DNA of 64,000 nucleotides from Paecilomyces variotii (Eukaryota): NCBI GenBank assembly GCA_004022145.1, contig RCNU01000001.1; one strand, 5' to 3'. Shown piece by piece: positions 39,196 to 50,836 of this stretch (position 1 is its first letter; each line of letters starts with the position of its first letter). The notes under the pieces were generated by a model. It saw only the letters and a program-made list of their open reading frames with translations, ran no database searches and was not told where the DNA came from. The position numbers and the translations under genes were made by a program.

Positions 39196-42060
39196 TCTTT
39201 TTTCACATTTTTTTCTCACCAGAAAAAATGTGACTAGACTATTGTCAACGGGGAAGTCGCAGTTTGTTGCCCTCAGTGTTTTTTTTTTTTTCTTTCTCTT
39301 TTTTATACACTACTCCGCACAGAGTAGTTAGTTATCTAGTTGACTATACCGTAGAATCTGCCCTTATCAATAGGTGGTGTGGCGCAATATGGAGCTATTA
39401 TTCGGCGCAAGCAGAGATGCATTGGTTGCATCAGCCGTCCGCACGGTCTTTAGAATGTTGCTCAGATCTACGGAGTCACGTACCATAGTAAGATAGTCTA
39501 TTATTCCATGCCCCTTTAACCAGTAGATAATCTGGCAGAGATATGGATTGGCCCCCATCTTGATTTCCGCCACCATTGACTATCTTGATCGGGGTAAAGA
39601 CCAGCAACTTTCCATGTATCCGTGCTTCCCGAACAAGCAGGATGGAGATGCTCCACATACTCTAGTTATCCTTCCCTGTGCTGTGGGATAGTGGACAATG
39701 GAGCTTTAGATTGACGAAGATAAAAGCGAGTTAATTTTGCCGTACTCCGTAGAAAGATGGCTGTTCTTGGATCCCATCCTCGATGTCAGCAGATCGGCCC
39801 CTAAGATATCTGCACCACTGCTTGCCGTTGGGCTCTCTTGCACACTCTCTCGGCCGACCCTATCTAGTAGTGTGCAACAGCGGCCGTTGCAGCGGAAATA
39901 GTGGTGGCATAGCCGGCGTTATAGATCACGGCAGTTGTAGCTTTCGCCCAACTAATCGGAGAAATCCTGGACTTAACAGATCAAGATGGTCCAACCAATC
40001 CAGTCAAAGGGTCTGAACCCGGCTTGTAAGGCTGCTGAGGCACATCCTATTGACAAAAGCCGCTAAGAGCTCTTTATCAGATGCTGAGAACGACGGGGAG
40101 CATCGCCCATAGACTAGCGGCGAAGAAGATCTGAGAAAACTTCGCCACAAACATGGGCAAAGCTCGATACAACTAAGAACCGGACCGAAGACGGCTGTCG
40201 CCTTATTATTTTAACAACAATTAGGATGCGTTTCGCGGAAGAGTGTTGACCGCCAATTTGATTTCCAGCATTGCCATCGAGGATTTGAGGAAATGTAGGC
40301 ATATTATCGGCCCGAGAAAAAGACGTTGTCTACCATCAGAAGACGGCAAGGAGACTCGAACTCCTATGCCGAAGCATGAGTTGAACATATCAAGCAACAT
40401 TTCCCAGCGCTGCCATGTGGTGCAGCACCGTCCAACGTCACTGATCAGCAGAACTGATCACTCGTAGTGAGAGAGACGGTCACTGATCGTTATCTCTGAT
40501 ACCACCCAGGTGTGCCAGCGCACATTATGGAGTGTAGATCATCTGCACTGGTGTTCAACAGGAGCTTCCTCTAGTCATAGCACGCAATAATAAGACAGCT
40601 GTTCGGGGGCAAAAAGACGGTGCCCCCAAGGCCCAACTGTTCCTGCAGCGACCAAACCTCCACCCGCGAACACACGATGTCATTCCCAGGACACGATCGA
40701 CAGGGGTAGGAGGCTATTGGTATTGAAATTATTCCGTTTCCAGATCAAATCTCGACATGCATGCTGCCCTGGACACCTTCGTATTCGAGCGTTCCAAGTC
40801 AGAAATACCTCAAAAAGGGACAAATAAGAGTACTAGACCATATTGTTACAGAAGCGGAAATAGTGCGACAGTTGCAGATTACCCAAAGGGCCGGTGCCAG
40901 CGCTAAGCCGTACGGAGTGACCACAAAATCTACGGAATAGTTATCTCTTTCTGTTTCAAAAGAAGGGCTCCATAGTGCTCCCCGAGTCCCCCTTGATTCT
41001 GTGCCATAGCACCAGGACCGTCGCGAGCAGCAACCAAAGGAATAATCTTCGTATAAGGGCCTGATGAAGCCTGCTTATGAATGCCAACGTCTCGACAGGT
41101 CAGGGGCAGCGCTGTCCGATATTAGAAATACGGATCCGCGACAGGTGGAGGCCCGTGTTGTCGCGGGTGAAGTCATTATTATTGTTGACAGATCGACGTC
41201 CCTTAAACGTCCGCTAAACGGCCGGCGCCAAACGGGCCGTCCTTTTCACGCCGGAAATCCCAGTCTCTCCCCGCATAGGAACCACATGGGACGCCCCGTG
41301 GCAAATGAGGCTGCACCGGATAGGCGCGATCGACAACGCGTGGATTTAGAGTATACGCCGGGTCTGCTGTTAGCGACTATTGTTGGGCCAGGTTATTCCA
41401 TATACGAGTATCGTTGCCGCTGTCAATAGATGGCCCTCCCAATGTTTTCTGAACCACGGCTGCGATACAAGCAGTAAATCCTCTGGCAAACAGACTGATG
41501 CTGTTATCAGTTGAAAGAAAAAAGCCGAAAAGCCGCACCTTGATGGCCTACTCCGTAATTCATGCCCTTCCAGGAAGCACGCTTGTGAGCCACCAAGCAC
41601 AAGACATTGGGCGCTTGGTCCTCCGGACCCCTTTCCTTACACTGACGGAAAGCTTAGCCTGAGGAAGGCTTGATCCGTTATAGCAATAAATCAGGTATAT
41701 CGCTATTACGGCTGCTGATCCGACAATTGCAGCACAACTCTTGGGATTGCCGATCCCAGCGACAGTTTAGGCCTATCCAATTTCCCGGCCTCGCGGGACT
41801 GGCGATCTATCAGGCTTTTTGTGGGCGCTAGGAAGATTGGACGAAGGACTTCTCGAAGACGATTGTGTAACAAAGCGCCGAAAAGGGGTCGCTCCTTGTT
41901 TAGTTGACTTGGTAGATATGTATATAACCGCTCATCGAGTCGGAGCCATGAACGGCTCTTCTCCAAACAAGCAGTCGTTCTCTCAGCGATCCTTCCTTTG
42001 CTTTTTCCGACTTCATACATTCTTTTTTGAAATAGTCACTCCTTTAAACAAACCGCAACA

Positions 42061-43109
42061 ATGAAGTTCACTGGAATCGTTGCCTCTATGGCCGCTGCTG
42101 GCGTCGCTTCCTCGGCCGCCCTCCCCGTTGCGACCGTCGACGCGACCCTCAACCACGTCAACACCGTCCTCGCCAACGTTCAGGGTCTTGTCGGCCAGAC
42201 TCTGTCCTGTGCCACCGGCCAGGTTGACCTCAGCACCGTCCACTCCGACCTTGTTGCCGTCAAGTCTGAGCTCGTCAAGCTCGCCCCCGTTCAGAAGCGT
42301 GATGGCCTGACCACCCTTCCCGCCGATGTTCTTGGCAACGTTGCCGGCACTGTCCAGGGTGTTGCCCAGCCTATTGCCGGCCCTATCGTCAACAGTAAGT
42401 CTTGAATGAAACTCCAGAAGGAAGAACCCAGGCTCATTTGTATCTAGACGTTGGAGGCGCTCTCCCCGTCAAGCGTCAGCTCGGTCCTCTTGGCACCGTC
42501 GGCAGCGCCGTCAGCGACGTCGAGAACACCGTCGGTGGCCTCACCAGCCCCGTCGCTGGCCCTGTCCTTGACAGTAAGCATCCATGATTCCGCTACCGAG
42601 AGAATTTGAGTCGAATCTAACCCGACGTCCAGCCGTTGGCAACATTGCCCCTTCCCCCGCCAAGCGTGACGTTGTTGGCAGCACTGTCGGTGATGTTGCC
42701 GGCACTGTTGGCTCTGTCGCCAACCCTGTCCTCAGCCCTGTCCTCGACACTGTTGGCTCCGTTGCCCCCGTCAAGCGTGATGTCGTTGGCAGCACCGTCG
42801 GTGACGTTGCCGGCACTGTTGGCTCCGTTGCCAACCCTGTCCTCAGCCCTGTCCTTGACACCGTTGGCTCCGTTGCCCCTGTCAAGCGTGACCTCCAGAT
42901 CCTCAACTCTGCTGGTTCCGTTGTCAACACTGCTGAGATGACTGCTACCCAGCTCCTCCAGGGTCTCCAGTCCGGTAAGTTCATGGTTCCAGATAATAAA
43001 GGAAGCCATTGAACCGTTGAACTGACAATCAACAACAGGTGCTCTCCAGCTCCCCACTGAGGGCCTTCCCCTCGTCGGCAAGCTCCCCGTTGTTGGCGGC
43101 AGCAACTAA
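42061..43109 (+). CDS. Secreted Kex2-processed repeat protein (KEP), ~290 aa, 4 exons
   Basis: Signal peptide MKFTGIVASMAAAGVASSA. Exons 42061-42394, 42448-42573, 42633-42974 and 43039-43109 join in frame. Five KR sites separate related V/G/P-rich repeats. TATA-like TATATAA at 41921. Confidence 0.88.
42661..42893 (+). repeat. 111-bp coding tandem repeat (2 copies, 37 aa each)
   Basis: caagcgtga recurs at 42661, 42772 and 42883. The two units encode identical peptides and differ only at synonymous sites. Confidence 0.95.
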
Positions 43110-43826
43110 GCGTATAATGTTTGATACTTAGACGCCTAGTTTAGATCAATATCATTCCCCCGCGGAGTCCCTCCGTACTATCTTCTCTTTTTTCCCTTCT
43201 CAGGTCGCAGATCGCAGTGGCGGTGCGCTAGGGTCTTTTTGTAGATATTTTTAGCGATAGGCCTCATTATGCTTAATGGACGATACCGTTCTTAATGCAG
43301 TAATAATCAAACCGATTTGACGATTCGTGGTGCCCTTTATCTACTCCATTGTTGCGATGCGTTAATCTCGTGGAACTCCAGATGCTGAAGTAGCAGTGAA
43401 ACAAGATGCTTGGGCTGATCTCGAGATCTCGAACGAACGGTGGATCATCGTGCCTGGGCAGACGCTTATCTTGACATCTTGACCGACGGGACGGATATGG
43501 TCCGTTCGAGCAAATTCATGTATTGTAAGATCAGGTTAGCATAGAGTTAGTGACCTGGGAGAAGAAAGAGACTCGAGGCCATCTTGGAAGGAGAGGAGAG
43601 CTCAGCGTCGATCGTCGTCTGTTGATGACTCAGCAGTCGTTCTTCCCCACCAACGCTCTTGGAGGGGAAGACCATGAGAAATAGTTAAGACTCCAAGTTA
43701 ACCTTTCCCTACAGTGTGCGAAGAAATTGCAGTTTTGCTGTACAAACGTGATATAATATAACGTTCTCTTGACCCTGGATTCAATAATTTGAACTCGTCC
43801 CTACACCTACGAGTGCACTCAGCGAC

Positions 43827-44244
43827 ATGGCAGCCGCACCAGTATCCGAGTCGCAGTTCCCTTACTCATTGTACGTCAAGACCCTTCGAAGGCAGCTTAA
43901 CTATGCAAAGATCATGTTATTAATCATATATACAAACCAGAACCATCTCACTTCCCCTCCCTACCAACCGCCTAGCGTCCTCCGCCCTCCGCGCTCTACA
44001 GGTCGACCAAGAACTCTCGCCATATGTTAGGCGGGACTTTGAGCTGGCCGCGCCGGACGAGGCAGCTGCAATTGAAAGCAAGGAAGCAGACGAAGCGAAG
44101 ACAGTTCTAAAAACAACGTATCGCGCGACAACGAACCGTATGTTACGTGTTGCAGTGAACGGCTTTATGGAGAGTCTCGGTGTCGTGCTGGGAGTCATGG
44201 AGGAGTTGGATGTGGATGTTTTGAAGCAGGAGTTGGGAAAGTGA
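43827..44244 (+). CDS. PCC1: EKC/KEOPS complex subunit Pcc1, 2 exons
   Basis: Intron 43871-43940 gives FPYSL|TISLPLPTNRLASSALRALQVDQELSP...YRATTNRMLRVAVNGFMESLGVVLGVMEELD. The spliced product is not in the ORF track. Confidence 0.88.
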
Positions 44245-44865
44245 GATATGCTTCGGAGTATGCATATTTGAAAAGTGAAACAGAAAGACTCGCTGCACTT
44301 TGTGCAGCTTCTGGCTGGACACTCCCCATTGGATCTGTGTCGGGCGAGTCTCTCTCCAGATTGGTCGGGTATTCGGACGGCCTAGACCTTGGACACGGGG
44401 ATTCACTATTCTTTCCAACGAGCGAGGCATCATATCGAGGAAAAGAAAGGGATGCAAGTGCCCTTGTTTCCCTTGTCGCAGGCTACAGGCCTGGGGGGCA
44501 TGCCTGCCCCTACGGCGTCCTCCGTTGAGACATTGATGACTCCGCCAAATTCTGTGGCCCTACATGGGATCGGTACCCGGGAAGAATAGATATAGAAGCG
44601 AGCTAATGACCTCTGAAGACGAAATCACAGCGAATGCGCATTGTTTCGGGGTACCTGATGAAAAGAAAACAATATATGGACATTCATTCCTATTTTGGCT
44701 CCACTGTATGATCTTCAATAAATACAGAACGCTTTAATCTTAGTTGAACAGCAATGTTTCTAAGCAAACTTTATTCATGTTCAAGCACATTCTCGATAGA
44801 GATCGAAGAAACACTGAATATTGGATGGATGAAAGGGTAAATAAAAAAAAAAGAGTAAAAACAGA

Positions 44866-44950
44866 AGGTCCTGCCCGGAATCGAACCGGGGTTGCCGGAA
44901 GATCCTGATACAATCAGAATCCGGAGTGATAACCGCTACACTACAGAACC
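44866..44950 (-). tRNA. tRNA-Gln(CTG) with 13-nt intron
   Basis: Reverse complement matches the 39111 copy except one intron base (ttgtatcaggatc). Oligo-T terminator reads as A5 at 44857-44861 on the + strand. Confidence 0.96.
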
Positions 44951-45879
44951 GGCTTTCTTGATGAAGTCCACATAAATGTGATATATCAGCGATTACATCG
45001 TGCTGTTACACCCGTAACCATCCGTCTGACTGGCAGGGATAGCTAGTCATGCAGTGTCGATCTTAACGGTCGCAACGGTTTTGCAGCCAGAGACATCTCT
45101 GGAGTAAGCTGGGGAGAGGGGTCTATGAGACGGTGAGACCAGAACAGCCCGATTCTTGAGCATTGGAGATAACGACAGACGGAATAATGCTCTTACAGCA
45201 CATTAGTAACTTCTTAGCCGTCTAGACTCTGAAATCTGAAACGGCGTCGAGACAAGGCCCATCTATTCTACTGTTGACATACGCCACGTGCATGAACGTA
45301 GGGTTGGTAATACAATAAACCGGTAGAATAGCGATTATTCCATGCCCCTCGAATCGGATGACACGATCGATTGCGAGAATTCCAAATCAATATGAAAAAG
45401 TCACTAATTTGACAGCGACGGGGCCTTGGGCTGATCCCTGACACTTTGCAGTTTCCACTCCCAAGGGTCCGGGCGCTAGGTTAGTTAAAGCCCCGGGGAG
45501 CGTTAGTTAACTACCTAACTAACCTAGGTAGTTGATTACTTAGTCCACGGGTTCCTAGGCAAACTCCCAAAGTTGCCGCAGATATAAGAACCTCCCGGAG
45601 CCTCGGTCAAGTTTCAGGACAATGCGCTCATCCTCGAAATTGTCATTTCATCACGCTTCTCCATTGCTATACGCTAGGATCGCGAATCCCTCACTGATTG
45701 AACGTTGTTCGATCTCTTTGATTATCAGCTCGGGTCACTCGACTGCGACGTCACCTACATCATCTGTCTCCCCTCAGCTTACTTCTTCTACCTTGCAGTC
45801 AGCTCCAAAGAAGAGCTTAAACTACCAGCTTCGCACATTCAGCGGTCATAGTCGGATCGCAATCGCAAACTCGAGCACC

Positions 45880-46569
45880 ATGTCGTCCGGAAAGACTTTC
45901 TTCGACTTCGAGACCGTCGACAGTACGTTTTGGATTCCCTTTTTCTGCCTGCCCCCCCCGCGTCTCCCCGCACGTGCTCATGGGATGAGTCCATGCACGC
46001 GCTTTCTGCGGTAATTGGATTCTCGCGCTGACTTTTCTTCTCATATTACAGAGAAGGGTGAATCGTTCCCCCTCTCCAACTTCAAAGGCAAGGTCGTCCT
46101 CGCTGTCAACACCGCTTCCAAGTGCGGCTTTACCCCGCAGTTCAAGGGTCTCGAGGAGCTCTACCAATCCATCCAGAAGAAGGAACCCGGCGCCTTCACT
46201 GTCGTTGGATTCCCCTGCAACCAGTTCGGTAACCAGGACCCGGGCTCCAACGATGAGATCCAGTCTTTCTGCCAGGTCAACTATGGCGTGACATTCCCCG
46301 TGCTGGGCAAGATCGACGTCAACGGTGACAACGCCGCTCCTGTCTACACGTGGATGAAGGCCGAGCAGCCCGGTATGTTGGGCTTGAAGCGCATCAAGTG
46401 GAACTTTGAGAAGTTCCTGATATCTGCGGATGGCAAGGTTGTCGGTCGTTGGGCTAGCACCACGAAGCCGGAGAGCTTGCAGGACACGATTCTGAAGGAG
46501 ATCGAGAAGGCCAAAAAGGAGGGAATCCTGACGGCAGAGGCTGGTAAGAAGGAGGAGGCTACCGCTTAA
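45880..46569 (+). CDS. HYR1: Glutathione peroxidase-like thioredoxin peroxidase (Hyr1/Gpx3), 2 exons; possible longer isoform from ATG 45622
   Basis: VNTASKCGFTPQ, GFPCNQFGNQDPG, FCQVNYGVTFP, IKWNFEKFL; intron ~45924-46051. Confidence 0.95.
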
Positions 46570-46952
46570 GGGGGAGATGATGTGGTCTTGCTTACGTCTG
46601 GTGTGATGTGACAGGACCGAAAGGGAAGCTATGATACCTGACAATCGACGTCTGAATACTTGTTTCACCGAGATTGTATTTTATTTCTTATGATGGAATA
46701 TATCAAATGGAGTAATGTATCGATATTTGTATCTCATCTCAGCTCAACTGCATCTTGCCCCACAAATTGACAGAAATGCATCTGTGATTGATTTCTCCAT
46801 TGTTCTCCATTTATTATTGCTTTCTATCCTTTCCCGGTGACGATGTCGCTTCAATCCGGGATCTGACTGGTTCCAGTCTCAGCAACGCACGGCATCTCTG
46901 CTATGCATCAAATGGGCAGGGCTTCTTCTATACCCATACGACATGATAGGAT

Positions 46953-48358
46953 TCATGCCGATCCTGCTCCTGCTCCCTTCGGGACCAGGTTTCGTAGCGA
47001 CAGGTCATATACGACATCCTCGACCTTCTTGACCTGCAGCGAGAGAAGGATTCCATCAGCGAATCAGCGTGCATGGTAGACACAACCCGAACTATTTGGA
47101 AACGACGGTTTCGGACAGGGAGCGTAGAACTTACACTGTATTTGATTCCGTCACTCCTCTTTCGCAGGATGTCATTCTTCAGGTTTAGTAGCTGGAAACC
47201 TGCAAATAGATCCTTGATGAAGTTTCCAATCTGAAGTGGACGACCGTAATCGCCCAGGGTGACGGAATTGACCGCCAGACGTGCCTATTATGTATTAGCA
47301 AAATCATCAAAAAGGGTCGAACTGAACGCCAAAGAACAGTGACCAGGAGAATAGGTAAACTCACGAGCTCTTCGACCATCGATATCAATGCAAGGAGATA
47401 CTCCTCAATCGTGAGGTGGAACTCATCCCGCTCCTTCAAGTTGACGGGGACTAGATTTGCCAACAACAGTCAGCTTCACAATAGAAACGCAATGCATAGC
47501 AGTTCGGATTAGGACTTTCTTACTATCCAAGAACTTGCCGACGTCCTCAATCGTCATAAACGAAGCTGACGTCGAGCTCTTGTATTCTGATAGGCCACCA
47601 AGCCAGGCGCACAGCTCGATAGAGTACACCTTTCACAGAAACCGTGTCAATTAAAAATTGCCCAAGATTATGGTTTGGATCGTCATCACCGGGTATATAA
47701 CTCACTAGGTTCTGCAGCTCGCGCGACCATACTCCGTTATATTTGTAAAACGGGTGCTGAGAGGCGATGGCTTTTAGTTTGGTAACCTCTTCTTTCTGAG
47801 CGAGAATCTCCTTGGTAGCATCGTCGAGGACGGGTTTCACTTTTTGTATTGTCAGCCATTCCCCATCAGCTAGAAATCGAGTGAGGGTGTGGCATCCATT
47901 CCAACCCTTCATAGAACTGGAGAAAGAGCCGCGACAAAAGGAAAGGGGAAGATAAAAGTGAAAATGAAGAAACATACGCTGATCAGAAGGCGTAGAATGT
48001 GCCCTTGAAAGAATAGCCTGGGTAGATCTTCCTGCAACCCAGTATCGGACATGTCAGTCTCAAATCCCAACGCTCAATTGAGCCCAGCTATCACCCCACG
48101 ATTCTGAGCAGGAATGGAATAATGACAGGGACACAGAACACACCTCTGCGTGCAAGAGTCTGCACAATATCTTGGAGTTCCTACATTCATGAATAGTCGT
48201 GAGCGTCATTCAATAGGTCTTTGGTGTAGTCTGAGCTTTGCCTTGGCCAAGTGACTTCTCAATGAGTCTCAGGTTGAAGAGAGGCCACTCACATCACGGA
48301 CAGCAGTCTCCGCATCAATCTTCTCCTGGAGACTCTCAAAAATAGATGGGTCAATCAT
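46953..48358 (-). CDS. TSN1: Translin (C3PO subunit), multi-exon
   Basis: MIDPSIFESLQEKIDAETAVRD, HPFYKYNGVWSRELQ, FHLTIEEYLLALISMVEEL|ARLAVNSVTLGDY, LNLKNDILRKRSDGIKY|VKKVEDVVYDLSLRNL. Confidence 0.9.
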
Positions 48359-49237
48359 TTTCGCTGGCGCTCGATGTTGTTGGTTGGAGCTTTTTTAGCG
48401 CACGGGAAAAATAAATGAGGTCTGATGTTTTCGTGCAGCGCAAACGAGTGGACAAGTTGTCCTGAGACTGCCAAGTCCAGTTAGTTAGTTTATTCTAGAT
48501 CGTGCATACAGTTTGATAGATGTACATTTTTTCTGTACCTCAGTAATCTTTAAGGTACGTGGGATCTAGTTATGCTAGGGTGATCTTGACATAATGCATC
48601 GGGCAGTGAAGAACCAGTGACGTTTGTGGGGAGGCTTGGCGGTGAGTATAGATCTCGAGCAGAGTTAACTCTTTGACAAACGTCATTTAACTAAACCATT
48701 CGCTTATCATATTCTCATCAATGCAGTATCATGCGGAAGTTTTTAGAAAGATACAGATACGATTATATAGACAAATATGAAGGCTACCTTCTATGAACCA
48801 GACCCTGCGAAGTTAGTAACGAATTAGTTGTCCCCCGAAGCAGCAGATATTGAGAGCAAACTGCTTTCCTCGATATTCGTACTTTTTACGCGTATCTACG
48901 TAGAGTGACCTTGCTCGCCAAAAGCAACTATCCGTAAGGTGGCGACATACTAGCTAGCTCCTTCCCCATAAAAAGAAAGTTCCCAAGTTGACGAGGGGGG
49001 CTTACTTGGACAGTGAAGAACATATATCAAAAAATGACATACCAGAACCTGCATTGAAAGATTGATTTCGATTAATAATGACCTGAATATCTAACCCGCT
49101 AAATCGGTTTTGAGATGACAAGCTTGCCTTTTTGAAACAAAGTCATAAATACGCCGTAGCCCTCGCCTGCATTCCCTCGTCTGCATAAGCTCCATGATCG
49201 GACCGTGTAAGGGAAACAGTACGATAAAATCAAGATT

Positions 49238-49949
49238 CTAGTATCGGTATCTGGTAGAGTAATCTGCAAAGGAAATGCTGTTAGCACCAAGCCAAGGGAA
49301 AGAGCATAGAACCAAAAACATGCGGACTTACCCTTTGGACTGACCACCAGACCCCTACCCTTCTTCGCACCCTTGTAGATCGTTTCGATAATATCGATCA
49401 ACTCCTGCTTATCATCGAGCACCCAGTTCAATTTGTTGTTATTACCTAAACCCCCAGTTAGTCTCTGTCTGTGCCCGCCACATCCTCACGGATCTCTGTT
49501 CTCTCATGGCCTGCGCTTACCTGTTCCGAAATCGCACATCATGTGTTTATTTCTGAAGAAGAACATGATAGTCATCGGGTCGTAAAGCTCGTACATTGTG
49601 TTGAATTCGGGTACCTCGTCGATATCGCATAGGTAGATCACGGCGAAGTCTGAGATAAACCAAAGCTGTTAGCGCCAGTCCACCGGTTCTGCAGAAGGAT
49701 GTTTGGTACGCCACTCACTCTTGACCCTGTCGGAGATCTTGTATAGAACTTCATCCTGCTTCATGCCTATATCAAAAGAGTTAGTATCGCATTGCAGCGA
49801 GGCGAGCGAGGTAAGCCGCGGTCTGGGAACATACAGTCTGGGTCGTGATCGCGGCCGAAGCGGATGACAACCAAGCGCTCATCCTCACTGAGGATAGCCT
49901 GGTCGACGTGCCAGGCAGTGCGCAAGTGAGGCAGCACAATAGAACCCAT
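49238..49949 (-). CDS. DIB1: U5 snRNP thioredoxin-like protein Dim1/Dib1, 5 exons
   Basis: MGSIVLPHLRTAWHVDQAILSEDERLVVIRFG, FFFRNKHMMCDFGT|GNNNKLNW, GRGLVVSPK|DYSTRYRY*. Confidence 0.96.
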
Positions 49950-50836
49950 GGCTGAGGATAGAGACGATTGCTGGCTTCGCAAAGAGGACGATGACCGAAT
50001 GCAGTGTCAAACTTCCGCGGGGGCAACGATCACGTGATGATAGTATCTGGCGCAGAGGGGCGATATACTCGAGGCAATATTATCAAATAATGGAGGTTGG
50101 AACTTCTTTACAGGGTTTGGTTTAAATGTTATGGGAGCGAACCGAGGAGTAGGATGACAGCAACTGTAGGAGTTTGTGTAATCGCATTAAATAATTCTGC
50201 GTACAGCCACCCTGCCAAACTCAGGGTGATAGGAAACCGAGTACACCACCATAGAATCTTATACGAACTCACACCAACCCATCAACATTCGATGACATTC
50301 CATACCGCAGACCCAGATCTTCCACAAAACCAGAGATTCTACTGCAAGCACAAGCTATCTACTCCTCCAAACCGACTTTCTTCTCCAACCCGCCGGAACA
50401 AGCCGACGATCTTGATGAAAAAAGGGTGGTTCGCGTCAATCGGGGGTAGTGTAAGCCCGATGACACTGTGCGGCGGAGTATGCGCAAGCACAGAGGCTCC
50501 GCCGCGGGGTCCAAAAATGAGATTAATCAATGTTGTGTCCCTTAGGACACTTTCAGAGATTAAACTGAAAAGAACAGATACTACACTTGATCTAAGCCAA
50601 AAGGCAAAGAGAGCTGGAAAAGAAAAGAAAAAAAACTTCCAAAGGACGGCGGGTTCGAGGAGTATTTATGTTCTTTGGCGAGTGGTCCGTGCGGCGCTAG
50701 TGAGGTCACCTCGCTAATAATTCGTCAAGCGAGGTATCTTGATGCCTGAATATGACAAGGCATCAAACTGTCTTCGCCTCCATGCCCCGTCAACGGATCA
50801 CCTGAAAATCCCGCCCCTAACCCTGTACCTGTGCCC

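Noticed and set aside
42661-42893. Repeat array as a possible CRISPR or transposon signature
   Set aside because: Eukaryotic coding tandem repeat with no unique spacers, TIRs or transposase.
42541-43105. Repetitive minus-strand ORFs (164 and 162 aa)
   Set aside because: Antisense readings of the KEP tandem repeat.
45817-46668. 283-aa minus-strand ORF opposite the glutathione peroxidase
   Set aside because: Antisense shadow of a strongly codon-biased gene; no recognisable motifs.
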